Shown here: one piece after another, positions 52,752 through 61,762 of the stretch
Position numbering within the stretch: the first letter of the stretch is position 1
Layout of the letters: every line of letters begins with the position of its first letter
Virus record (IMG/VR): IMGVR_UViG_3300024581_003238
Coordinates: 15,988-79,987 of that record
Length of the DNA stretch: 64,000 nt
Source: a virus
Strand: one strand, 5' to 3'
Position numbers and translations under genes: made by a program
Notes under the pieces: generated by a model
The model's database searches: none
What the model was told of the DNA's origin: nothing
What the model saw: the letters and a program-made list of their open reading frames with translations, nothing else

Positions 52752-55067
52752 ATGAGTTTCTTAAATCAAAATAATGCGGAATTTTTATCGGCAAGACTAA
52801 CCCAAAAAGGTAGAAAGTCAATTGCGGAAGGAGATTTTCAAATAAAATTCTTTCAAATAGGGGACTCTGAGTTTAATTATAAACAACCATTTAATCAATT
52901 ATCGGGAGAGGTTGATACACCACAACAAAATGTGTTATCACCTTTTGATAAAGATAGTCAAGTGAAATATCCGTATTTGTTGGATAATAGTGGAACAACT
53001 ACATATGGTGTACCCATAAAAGACTCCATAACAGAGACGATAAGAAATGGTATGGGACCTGCGGGTTTCGTTACCGAATATAAAGAATACGATGAGGTTA
53101 ATTGTAGTGGTACGACCATAGAGTGTGCGACAGTTAGATTACCCTTAAGTGGTGTAAGTAAAACAAATACAATTACTTTCACAGAAACACAAGCATACTT
53201 AGATTGTGATAATGGATCTCAAACATCAATAGATACTAATTTTCTATCAAGATTTAATCAATGTGAATATATTACAATCGTTTTTAACAACGAATTTGTA
53301 AGTGAAGAACAAGTTATCACGGGTAATTCAACAAGTTTAGTTTATAAAATATTAGATATTACCACAATTACAGGATCAACAACAACACCCAATTGTGATG
53401 AAGTAATAACGGGACAAACAACAATTACGGTTGATAGGTATACACCAGATTTTTCATCTATAGATGGGTATGCACAAATTGTATGTAATAAATGTAAGAT
53501 AGAACATCCGTTATCAGGTACAACTGCGGAAGTATGTGTATCTAACCAAGTTGATCCAAGTGAACAACACGATCCATGGTCATTAAATGTTGTTTGGAAA
53601 GAATTACCTATAGGTGGACAAATAGATGACGAAAGTATTAGTGGATATACAAGTGCTAAACATGTATCCACTATGGAATACTTAGGTTATGGTACTTCAA
53701 GCGGACAGACGAGTAATACAGGTACGACATATTGTAATTCATATGATGAAGTAATAACGGTATCACCTGAAGAACAAAAATGTGTTGCAGTTATTCACTA
53801 TTCCGAATTGGGACATGTATTTGAGGACCCTGAAAGATTTTTTAAATATGATGATTATATCGGTAGTTCTACTGGCACTACTGAAGGAGTTTTAGTTGAC
53901 GAAGAAATAGTATCAGATGTCGAATTTTTTAATATTTATTTACCATTTATTTATTACGAAAATAGTACAGGAACAACAGTTGGTGCGGAATTTAAAATGG
54001 ACGAAACGGATTACTATTTAGATTCAACAGTCGCAGGTACACCTGGAGATATAAGAACTAAGTATGTTAAATTTAGATATATTTTAGATGAGATAGGTAA
54101 AAAAGTAGGTAAAGTATTTGTTGACAAGAAGGTAATAGTTTTTGATGACCAAGAAATAGTTGCATTATTAGATTATCGATCAAATAGGAGATACACTTTA
54201 CCAACACCTAAAGTATATCACTTACCTAGTGATGGTGTTGTAAATGAAGCGTGTTTTTCAGGAACAACGGGACAAACTTATTTTATCACATATATGTTAG
54301 GTTATGAATCAGGAGACGAATACCAACTTAACGGACTACCCTGTAACAATTTTTCAAAAGTACAAGTAAATGTCGTAGATAATGAATGTGAAATAACATA
54401 TCCTGCGAATATTGGTATTAAATGGGGTGGTAGTGATCATCCAAACGGAGTCGGATCCTTCCAACACATGAAAACAACGTTTAGTGGTTCAACTAATGGA
54501 TATATTGCGAATAAATTTTGGGTATTAGTACAAGAAACAACAGATGAGGATGATTTATTACCCGATCCAACACAGTGGACAAAAATAGATATTACTAATA
54601 GGATTCCTAACCATGTTTCAGGATTAATTGACCCTGTTAATCTTAGAGATCATACATTCACTATTACTCAAACAGATATTGATAATGGTTCTTTATTTGA
54701 TATAGAAGATTATTTAAAGGAAGCTCCAACAAATTTATCAGGAACAACACATAACGATTTCACTGATTACATGGGTAGTACAGACCCTTCAAGTAGAGCA
54801 CAGTTTGGTGATGAACAACCATTCCCTGGTAGTGTAAAATTAGTTAGATGTAGTGATATTGAAGAAATGAGGTTTTTAGTTAATCTACCACATACACAAT
54901 GGAATCATTCACAAAATCCAACATTTAATAAAGTAGAAAATACAGGTCCAAGGATAACAGAGGTCGCACTTTTAGATCAAAACAAAGAAAGTTTAGTTAC
55001 CGCTAAAACATCAAGTCCAATTAAAAGGGTAGGATCTCAAGTTATTTCAGTAAAAATAGATTTTTAA
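52752..55067 (+). CDS. Baseplate/tail-fibre attachment protein
   Basis: N-terminal LT.KGR..IA.G...I..F..GD and C-terminal ITEVALLD.N.E.LV.AK...PIKR resemble the two halves of a tail-collar/fibre attachment domain around a large insertion. Confidence 0.55.
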   Translation: MSFLNQNNAEFLSARLTQKGRKSIAEGDFQIKFFQIGDSEFNYKQPFNQLSGEVDTPQQNVLSPFDKDSQVKYPYLLDNSGTTTYGVPIKDSITETIRNGMGPAGFVTEYKEYDEVNCSGTTIECATVRLPLSGVSKTNTITFTETQAYLDCDNGSQTSIDTNFLSRFNQCEYITIVFNNEFVSEEQVITGNSTSLVYKILDITTITGSTTTPNCDEVITGQTTITVDRYTPDFSSIDGYAQIVCNKCKIEHPLSGTTAEVCVSNQVDPSEQHDPWSLNVVWKELPIGGQIDDESISGYTSAKHVSTMEYLGYGTSSGQTSNTGTTYCNSYDEVITVSPEEQKCVAVIHYSELGHVFEDPERFFKYDDYIGSSTGTTEGVLVDEEIVSDVEFFNIYLPFIYYENSTGTTVGAEFKMDETDYYLDSTVAGTPGDIRTKYVKFRYILDEIGKKVGKVFVDKKVIVFDDQEIVALLDYRSNRRYTLPTPKVYHLPSDGVVNEACFSGTTGQTYFITYMLGYESGDEYQLNGLPCNNFSKVQVNVVDNECEITYPANIGIKWGGSDHPNGVGSFQHMKTTFSGSTNGYIANKFWVLVQETTDEDDLLPDPTQWTKIDITNRIPNHVSGLIDPVNLRDHTFTITQTDIDNGSLFDIEDYLKEAPTNLSGTTHNDFTDYMGSTDPSSRAQFGDEQPFPGSVKLVRCSDIEEMRFLVNLPHTQWNHSQNPTFNKVENTGPRITEVALLDQNKESLVTAKTSSPIKRVGSQVISVKIDF

Positions 55068-55116
55068 TCTTTACAATTAGTCAAAATTTCTTTATTAATT
55101 GTCTATATACATTTAT

Positions 55117-55722
55117 ATGGACAAGAAATTTAAAAACAAACCAAAAATATTAGGGTTAGACATATCTACAAAAACAATTGGATGGGCTCTGTTTGATATA
55201 ACAGGATCACATTTACTTGAGTTAACACATTTCTCACCCAAGATAAAACCAAAACCTGAAGACAAGATAGAGGAACTACTTAAAAAGGCGGATGGTTTCA
55301 GAAAACATTTAGAAAACTATAAAGACATTGGTATTACCAAGGTTATTATAGAAGAACCATTATTAAATTCAAATAATGTTTATACGGTAGGTACTCTACT
55401 TAGATATAATAGTATGGTACTTAAATCATGTTATGATGTGTTGGGTATTGTACCGACTTTCATTTCTACTTACAACGCTAGAAAGTTTGCGTTTCCTGAT
55501 TTAGTCGGTGAAAACGCTAAAGGACGTAAAGTTTTATTTGGTGGATACCCTAAAACAATAGATAAAAAACATATCGTTTGGGAACATGTAAATGATTTAT
55601 TTCCTGAAGTTGAATGGCCATTAGCGAGAACAGGTAATCTTAAAAAAGAGAATTACGATATGAGTGATGCCGCAACTGCGGTTATTGGTTATATAAACAA
55701 ATTAAAAAGTGAAAGTAATTAA
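55117..55722 (+). CDS. RuvC-like Holliday junction resolvase
   Basis: ILGLDISTKTIGWA, VIIEEP and YDMSDA acidic motifs of the RNase H/RuvC fold; ATG 55117. Confidence 0.8.
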   Translation: MDKKFKNKPKILGLDISTKTIGWALFDITGSHLLELTHFSPKIKPKPEDKIEELLKKADGFRKHLENYKDIGITKVIIEEPLLNSNNVYTVGTLLRYNSMVLKSCYDVLGIVPTFISTYNARKFAFPDLVGENAKGRKVLFGGYPKTIDKKHIVWEHVNDLFPEVEWPLARTGNLKKENYDMSDAATAVIGYINKLKSESN

Positions 55723-55732
55723 GTGTAGGTAC

Positions 55733-55765
55733 TTTACTTTGTAAATTTAATTGTCTATATTTATT
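55733..55765 (+). promoter_or_regulatory. Promoter TTTACT-N17-TATATT overlapping TATTTATT
   Basis: TTTACT at 55733-55738, TATATT at 55756-55761 and TATTTATT at 55758-55765. Confidence 0.55.
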
Positions 55766-55767
55766 AC

Positions 55768-55846
55768 AGGACGGGGCGTATAGGGATTTATCCTTATACG
55801 TTGGTTGGTAGTCTCCAGGGAGTGGTGTTCCTGGAGACTTTTTTTT
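55768..55846 (+). ncRNA. Candidate ~80-nt small RNA or terminating leader
   Basis: Hairpin CGTATAGGGA-TTTA-TCCTTATACG, linker TTGGTTGGT, then terminator AGTCTCCAGG...CCTGGAGACT with a long T-tract; promoter-like boxes lie directly upstream. Confidence 0.6.
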
Positions 55847-55876
55847 ATCATTAATTTTTCTTATATTCTATAGAAG

Positions 55877-57100
55877 ATGAACACTAAAAAACTTTATAAA
55901 TCAATAAAAGAAAATATGGGGGCGTCTTACTATCTCCCACTTTCCTTTAAAGAAGGATTAAATTATCAAATAAAAGATATTGATGATAAAGAATATATTG
56001 ATTTATCTTCAGGATATGCGGTGACCAATATTGGGTACAATAATCCTGAAATGATATCTTCTCAAATAGAATTTCTTAAGAAATCAAACTACGCACCGAC
56101 TTGGATGGCGACAACAGAATCCTTGGAATTATCAAATAAACTAATATCATATTTTGAGGGATATAAATGTTTAAGGACTACTGGTGGTGCAAATGGTAAT
56201 GAAGTAGTAATATCAGTTTTTCAAAATCTAAAAGAGGGAGAAGTTGCAAGTTTTGACAGATCATATCATGGATGGTCACAAACGACACTTGGGATGGGTG
56301 AAATAGATAGATTTAAACTACCAAACGTACGAAAGGAGTATATAACTAAAAAATTGTCACCACCAAACCAACACAGTATTCAAGATGTAGATGAGTTTTT
56401 TAATAATAACCCTAAGATAAACTTATTCATAGCGGAACCTATATTAGGGAGTGGGGGTGTAATCATCCCCCCCAAAAATTATTGGAGGTCTTTCCAAAAA
56501 ATATGTAAAAAACATAATGTGTTTTTAGTTTTTGATGAAACCATAACGGCATTTGGTCGAATGGGTCACATGTTCGCGTCCAAATATTACGGTGTGGAAC
56601 CAGACGGGATTGTTTTTGCAAAAGGTATGTCATCAGGATATTCAGCAATAGGTGCGGTCCTAATTAAAGAAGAACATTTAAAAGAATTTAAATATGGTGA
56701 CGTGTCCGCAACATTTTCATGGACACCTTTTTCATGTGCGGTTGCAACAAAAAATATAGAGATAATTGAAAAGAATAATTTATGTGAAAACTCTAAAAAC
56801 TTAGGTAAATATTTTAAAGAACAATTAACTAAGAAATTAAAAGAACATTGTAAAAAAACTAAGTTTGAAGTTAGGGGTATCGGTTTGATGTTGGCAATTA
56901 AATTTTTAACAGATAATGAAAGACATAACAGTTATTTGGTTGCGAAAATAGTTTTTGAAATGATAGAAGAGGGTGTAATGTTATGTTTCTCAGGTGATTT
57001 TGATACGATATTATGTTTCCCACCCTTAACAATCGATAAGGAAGGAATTGATAAATCCATATCTATATTGGATAAAGTACTTTCAAAAAAAGACCTGTAA
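55877..57100 (+). CDS. Class III PLP-dependent aminotransferase (ArgD/GabT/RocD family)
   Basis: YIDLSSG.AV.NIGY, SYHG, AEPILG.GG, FDETITAFGRMG, PLP lysine in FAKGMSSG, VRGIGLM and PPLTI. Confidence 0.92.
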   Translation: MNTKKLYKSIKENMGASYYLPLSFKEGLNYQIKDIDDKEYIDLSSGYAVTNIGYNNPEMISSQIEFLKKSNYAPTWMATTESLELSNKLISYFEGYKCLRTTGGANGNEVVISVFQNLKEGEVASFDRSYHGWSQTTLGMGEIDRFKLPNVRKEYITKKLSPPNQHSIQDVDEFFNNNPKINLFIAEPILGSGGVIIPPKNYWRSFQKICKKHNVFLVFDETITAFGRMGHMFASKYYGVEPDGIVFAKGMSSGYSAIGAVLIKEEHLKEFKYGDVSATFSWTPFSCAVATKNIEIIEKNNLCENSKNLGKYFKEQLTKKLKEHCKKTKFEVRGIGLMLAIKFLTDNERHNSYLVAKIVFEMIEEGVMLCFSGDFDTILCFPPLTIDKEGIDKSISILDKVLSKKDL

Positions 57101-57145
57101 CCCCACCCCCTTTATTTTGTCATTTATTTTATGTATATTTTAATT

Positions 57146-58087
57146 ATGACAAGTCAAGATGTAGATTTCTTACCTTTAGTTGATGTGCTCCACGAAATAT
57201 TTGGTGAGAGTAGATCACACAATGATGTTAGAGGTCAAATCACATTTGATTGTCCTGTTTGTTCACATGACATAAAAGGTCTTGATGAAGGAGACGGGAA
57301 AGGTAATTTGGAAATTAACTATAAGATGTTTGTTTACAAATGTTGGGTATGTTCTGAAACATATAATACCAAAGGACATCTAAATAGGTTAGTTTATCGG
57401 TATGGGTCTAAATTACAAATAAGGGACTTTAAATTATATAGTCCCGACGAATATGTAAGTCGTTCAGACAAAAAATATGGGAAAATCAAACTCCCAAAAG
57501 AGTTTATAGAATTTAGTACTGCGAGTCAGGGAAGGAAATTAACCCACCACTATAAACAAGCGTATAACTACTTAAGAGGTAGGAATATCACCGACAAAAT
57601 GATTGAAAAATATCGTATTGGGTATTGTGATAGTGGATTATATGAAAATAGAATAATCATACCGTCCTATGATGAATATGATGACATAAATTATTTTGTT
57701 GCGAGGTCATTCCTTAGGTATAGTAAGAGAAAATATATGAACCCCCAAGCCGACAAAGAAACATTATTATGGAACGAACATCTTATTGATTGGAATAAAA
57801 CAGTTTACATAGTTGAAGGGGCGTTCGACAGTTTGTTTTTAGACAATTCAATACCAATGTTAGGTAAATTTATCACCGATAATTTACTTGAAAAGATTTA
57901 TGACAATTCCAAAAAAGTTGTAATTGTATTAGATGGTGATGCGTGGTCAGACAGTTTAAAATTATATCATAGAATAAATGTTGGTAGACTCATGGGTAGA
58001 GTATGGGTTATCAAATTAGATAATGATAAAGATATTGCCGATTTGAAGGGCGATCTTTCAAATTATAAAGAAATACAATTAGATTAA
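57146..58087 (+). CDS. DNA primase (DnaG-type, T4 gp61-like)
   Basis: Zinc finger CPVC...CWVC, YL.GR.I, RIIIP and TOPRIM VEGAFD...LDGDA. ATG 57146 follows TTTATT-N17-TATATT. Confidence 0.88.
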   Translation: MTSQDVDFLPLVDVLHEIFGESRSHNDVRGQITFDCPVCSHDIKGLDEGDGKGNLEINYKMFVYKCWVCSETYNTKGHLNRLVYRYGSKLQIRDFKLYSPDEYVSRSDKKYGKIKLPKEFIEFSTASQGRKLTHHYKQAYNYLRGRNITDKMIEKYRIGYCDSGLYENRIIIPSYDEYDDINYFVARSFLRYSKRKYMNPQADKETLLWNEHLIDWNKTVYIVEGAFDSLFLDNSIPMLGKFITDNLLEKIYDNSKKVVIVLDGDAWSDSLKLYHRINVGRLMGRVWVIKLDNDKDIADLKGDLSNYKEIQLD

Positions 58088-58944
58088 TGGATTTAAAAAA
58101 AGAGTCAGAAAAGATAAGAGAAATTTTAAATAAAAGGAGAGAAGAGATAAGTCTAACCTTCATAGAGGAAGATCACCTATATTTCATGAGAGATGAAAAT
58201 GGCATGATAAGATCTAATTATCCATCAGTATCCAAAATAATCAAAAAATTCTATGAAGAGTTTGATTCTGAAGGTATTTCTTGGAGAATGTCTAAAGGTG
58301 ACAAACAAAAACAGAAAGAACTACTTAAAGAATGGGCAGATAAAGGTACGTATGCAACAAATCAAGGTAGTAGGGTACATTACATTTTAGAGAAAGAACT
58401 TATAAAAGACTATGGTGATTATAAAAATGTGAGGGAACCCATATATGAATGTGATGAGGAACAAATAGAACGAAGTAACAATATGATAGATGCAGGTAAA
58501 GACTTTCTTACTTTAATGCATGAACGAAATGCGGTGTTACTCGATACTGAAATTGTCTTAGGAGACCCTGAATTAGGATATGTGGGACAACCCGATAAAG
58601 TATGGTTAGTCGAAAATAAAGAAGGTACTGATTTCGGTATTATAATAACTGATTGGAAAACTAATAAACCCGAAAATTTTAAGAAGAAACATTACACAAA
58701 AAAAATGTATCCACCTTTCGATAATATTGACAGTACTGCATTGGGACACTACTATTTACAACTTCCATTCTATGGAAAGTTACTAATGAAGATGTTGGAA
58801 GGTACAGAGTACGAGGATAAAAAACTATTAGGTTCAATCATAGTTCTTGTCAAAGAAGATGGAAGTTTTGAGGAATATAGAGTACCAAAAGACGTTACAC
58901 ATAAAATCCTTTTAATGGATATGGATAAAGTTTTAAAAAAATGA
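58087..58944 (+). CDS. PD-(D/E)XK exonuclease
   Basis: PSVS, G..VH..LE, E......GY.GQPD, ITDWKT and YYLQLPFY motifs. Confidence 0.8.
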   Translation: MDLKKESEKIREILNKRREEISLTFIEEDHLYFMRDENGMIRSNYPSVSKIIKKFYEEFDSEGISWRMSKGDKQKQKELLKEWADKGTYATNQGSRVHYILEKELIKDYGDYKNVREPIYECDEEQIERSNNMIDAGKDFLTLMHERNAVLLDTEIVLGDPELGYVGQPDKVWLVENKEGTDFGIIITDWKTNKPENFKKKHYTKKMYPPFDNIDSTALGHYYLQLPFYGKLLMKMLEGTEYEDKKLLGSIIVLVKEDGSFEEYRVPKDVTHKILLMDMDKVLKK

Positions 58945-59399
58945 TAAGGTATAAAAACAAAAAAATAGGATTTACTGCGGGTAACTTTGATTTATTACAC
59001 CCCGGATACATCTATACATTTGAAACCGCAAAACAACATTGTGATTGGTTTATTGTTTTTCTACAGAGAGATCCCTCATTACATAGAAAGTCTAAATATA
59101 AACCTGTTATTCCTTTATATGAGAGGTATAAAACATTAATATCAATTAAATATATTGATGAGGTGTTTATTTATCAGACGGAAGAAGAATTATTGGAATT
59201 GATAAAACTATTTAAACCTGATGTTAGGATATTAGGTGAAGATTATTTAGGTAAATCATTTACTGGTGATGATTTAGATATAGAGGTAATTTATACTACG
59301 AGATCTCATAATTGGTCAACAACTAAAATTAAAGATCTCATAACAAGACAGACCATACAACAAAACCCAAACATACTAAACGATGGGAAAGAAATTTAA
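58941..59399 (+). CDS. Cytidylyltransferase-family protein (TagD/RfaE-like)
   Basis: GFTAGNFDLLHPGY, KPVIP..ER, YIDEV, LGEDY and WSTT motifs. Confidence 0.85.
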   Translation: MIRYKNKKIGFTAGNFDLLHPGYIYTFETAKQHCDWFIVFLQRDPSLHRKSKYKPVIPLYERYKTLISIKYIDEVFIYQTEEELLELIKLFKPDVRILGEDYLGKSFTGDDLDIEVIYTTRSHNWSTTKIKDLITRQTIQQNPNILNDGKEI

Positions 59400-60135
59400 G
59401 AAGGGGGTAATCGCGGGTAATTTTGATATTATCCATCCGGGTTATGTTCACATGTTTAAGGAGTGTTTTGATCAGTGTGAGGAGTTCATAATTTTATTAC
59501 ATACTGACCCATCCATTGAAAGACCTAAAGATAAACTAAAACCAATTTTAGATATACAGGAAAGAATGCAAATTCTTTTCTCTATAAGGTTTATTTCCAA
59601 CATATATACATATACATATGAGAAGGATTTGGTAGACCTACTTAAAGAGTTAAAACCTGATGTAAGGTTTCAAGGGGTGGATTACAAAGATCGAAGATTT
59701 ACGGGTGACGAATTAGATATACCAATATCGTGGATCAAAAGAGATCATGGGTGGTCTACAACCAAGTTTAAAAATCTTATAACTAAATCTACTTACCAAA
59801 CCGAGGTGAAACCGTGGGGTAAATATGATGTGGTATATGAAAATGAAAATTGTAAAGTAAAACACATCACCATTGATGCGGGAGAAAGACTATCATATCA
59901 ATACCACGAACAGAGAAGAGAGGTATGGACAATTACTGAAGGAGTCTTAACAATTATATTAGATGATGAGAAAATTTTTAGAGGACCCGGACAATCTGTT
60001 AGAATACCAATAGGTACTAAACATAGAGCGTGGAATGAAACAGATGAGATTGTAAGATTCATAGAAGTACAAACAGGGACTTATTTCGGTGAAGATGATA
60101 TCATTAGAATAGAAGACGATTATAAAAGAGAGTAA
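59383..60135 (+). CDS. Cytidylyltransferase fused to C-terminal cupin (type II mannose-6-phosphate isomerase-like)
   Basis: GNFDIIHPGY...WSTT, then KPWG.Y, RLSYQYHEQRREVW, IP.G.KHR and IEVQTG.YFGEDDIIRIEDDY. Confidence 0.85.
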   Translation: MGKKFKKGVIAGNFDIIHPGYVHMFKECFDQCEEFIILLHTDPSIERPKDKLKPILDIQERMQILFSIRFISNIYTYTYEKDLVDLLKELKPDVRFQGVDYKDRRFTGDELDIPISWIKRDHGWSTTKFKNLITKSTYQTEVKPWGKYDVVYENENCKVKHITIDAGERLSYQYHEQRREVWTITEGVLTIILDDEKIFRGPGQSVRIPIGTKHRAWNETDEIVRFIEVQTGTYFGEDDIIRIEDDYKRE

Positions 60136-60136
60136 T

Positions 60137-60376
60137 ATGAAAACAGTTAAAAATAATAGTGAAGACGTAAGAAGAGTTGATGACTCTACTGCAGAAATGT
60201 TAGTTAGTAGTGGTTCTTGGTTTTATTGTAGTAAAGAAGAATATAAGAAAAATAGAAAATCTGTTAAGGTAAAAACTAACAACAAAACCGAAACTAAAGA
60301 TATTGAAAACAGAGGTTTATCAGATAAAAAACTTAGAAGAGAAAGAAAACGAGCTAAATCAAATAGAAACCTTTAA
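60137..60376 (+). CDS. Small basic hypothetical protein
   Basis: 79 aa in the operon with a Lys/Arg-rich tail. Confidence 0.55.
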   Translation: MKTVKNNSEDVRRVDDSTAEMLVSSGSWFYCSKEEYKKNRKSVKVKTNNKTETKDIENRGLSDKKLRRERKRAKSNRNL

Positions 60377-60388
60377 CACCAAAGAGAG

Positions 60389-61192
60389 ATGATTAAAAAA
60401 ATAATACATACTGCAGATATACATATACGTAGAACTAAGTACCACGATATGTATACTGAACAATTTGAAAAGTTTATTGAGAGTGCTAAGGAACAGGTGA
60501 AGGGTTATGAGTACCATGAAATAAGAGTCGTTATCGCGGGTGATTTGGTTCATGAAAAGATAAACATATCTAATGAACAATTAGTTATACTATCTAAATT
60601 CTTAAATGACATTACTCGTGAAATAGGTAAGGTGGTTATCATACCAGGTAATCATGATTTTTTAGAAAATAATCACGAAAGGGTTGATAGTATTACTCCT
60701 GTTGTGGATATGTTGCAAAATGAAAATATCGTCTATTACAAAGATAGTGGTGTATATAAAGATGAAAATATTAATTGGGTTGTCTACTCACTTTATCAAC
60801 ACAATCAAAGACCTATATTTGAAAAAGAAGATGGTTTATATGTGGGTTTATTTCACAGTCCTATAGCAGGTTTATCTACCGACACTGGTTATGAGTTTGA
60901 AGATGGTTATTCTCCTTTAAATTTTAAAGATCTCGATATATTATTATGTGGTGACATTCACAAGAGACAAGTTTTTGAATTACCTGATGGAGGTAGGGCG
61001 GTTATGGTCGGATCATTAATACAACAGAATTTTGGGGAAACAGTAGAACACCATGGGTACGGTGTTTATGATGTAGAGACTGATGGATATGAATTTTTTG
61101 ACATTCAGAATAAACAACCTTTTTTACATTTTTCAATAAACGATATTAAAGATTTAGAGAATGAAGAAGAAATACTCCTTAACCTTAAGTAA
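60389..61192 (+). CDS. SbcD/Mre11/gp47-like metallophosphoesterase nuclease
   Basis: HTADIH, IAGDLVH, PGNHD, FH, GDIHKRQ and GSLIQQNFGE motifs. Confidence 0.9.
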   Translation: MIKKIIHTADIHIRRTKYHDMYTEQFEKFIESAKEQVKGYEYHEIRVVIAGDLVHEKINISNEQLVILSKFLNDITREIGKVVIIPGNHDFLENNHERVDSITPVVDMLQNENIVYYKDSGVYKDENINWVVYSLYQHNQRPIFEKEDGLYVGLFHSPIAGLSTDTGYEFEDGYSPLNFKDLDILLCGDIHKRQVFELPDGGRAVMVGSLIQQNFGETVEHHGYGVYDVETDGYEFFDIQNKQPFLHFSINDIKDLENEEEILLNLK

Positions 61193-61721
61193 GGAATTTT
61201 TAGATTTTTGTGAATTAAACCAAATCGACAAGATAGACGACTTGGCGAGAGACACCTTCGAAAGAGGGTTTACTATAGTTAAGTTTGGTGAAACCCCTGC
61301 AATTGCAAAAGGTAAAGAGACTATTAAAGAGATTGAAAAGGAAGTAATAAAAGAGGTTGAGGTAATCAAAGAAGTTGAAAAACCTATTGAGGTAATTAAA
61401 GAAGTTGAGAAAATAGTTGAGGTTGAGGTTCCCGTAGAATTGATTGTAGAGAAAGAAGTTTACATAACAGATGATGAACAAGTAAAAGAACTTGGTGGTA
61501 GAATTGCCGAGTTAGAAAAGGAACTGAGGAAAAAACCTAAGGAAATAATTAAAGAAGTAGAAAAAGTAGTCACACTTACAGATCAAGACGAGATTAAAAA
61601 ACTTAAGGAACAGAATAAAAAACTTCAAGAAGATCTCGATAAAATTACAGGAACACTTAGTAAATTTAATAAGGCTAAGTACATTAAAAATTCTAACCTA
61701 AATTCCCTATACGACGAGTAA
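61161..61721 (+). CDS. Hypothetical protein with (E/K)V(I/E)KE repeats and coiled coil
   Basis: KEVIKEVEVIKEVEKPIEVIKEVEKIVEVEVP tract. Confidence 0.65.
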   Translation: MKKKYSLTLSKEFLDFCELNQIDKIDDLARDTFERGFTIVKFGETPAIAKGKETIKEIEKEVIKEVEVIKEVEKPIEVIKEVEKIVEVEVPVELIVEKEVYITDDEQVKELGGRIAELEKELRKKPKEIIKEVEKVVTLTDQDEIKKLKEQNKKLQEDLDKITGTLSKFNKAKYIKNSNLNSLYDE

Positions 61722-61724
61722 AAC

Positions 61725-61759
61725 GGGGTTGACTCTTAAAATTAATTTACGTATCTTTT
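61725..61759 (+). promoter_or_regulatory. Early/middle promoter GGGGTTGACT-N17-TATCTT
   Basis: TTGACT at 61729-61734 and TATCTT at 61752-61757; matches the copy at 15785; ATG 5 nt downstream. Confidence 0.7.
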
Positions 61760-61762
61760 AAT

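Noticed and set aside
42624-55067. Diversity-generating retroelement acting on fibre tips
   Set aside because: There is no reverse transcriptase in the window, and I saw no template/variable repeat pair differing only at adenines.
15789-57145. Longer starts in the ORF track (15789, 16783, 24190, 30870, 55099, 57131)
   Set aside because: These upstream starts lie inside promoters, terminators, RNA stems or the previous gene. Downstream ATGs fit the leader pattern better.
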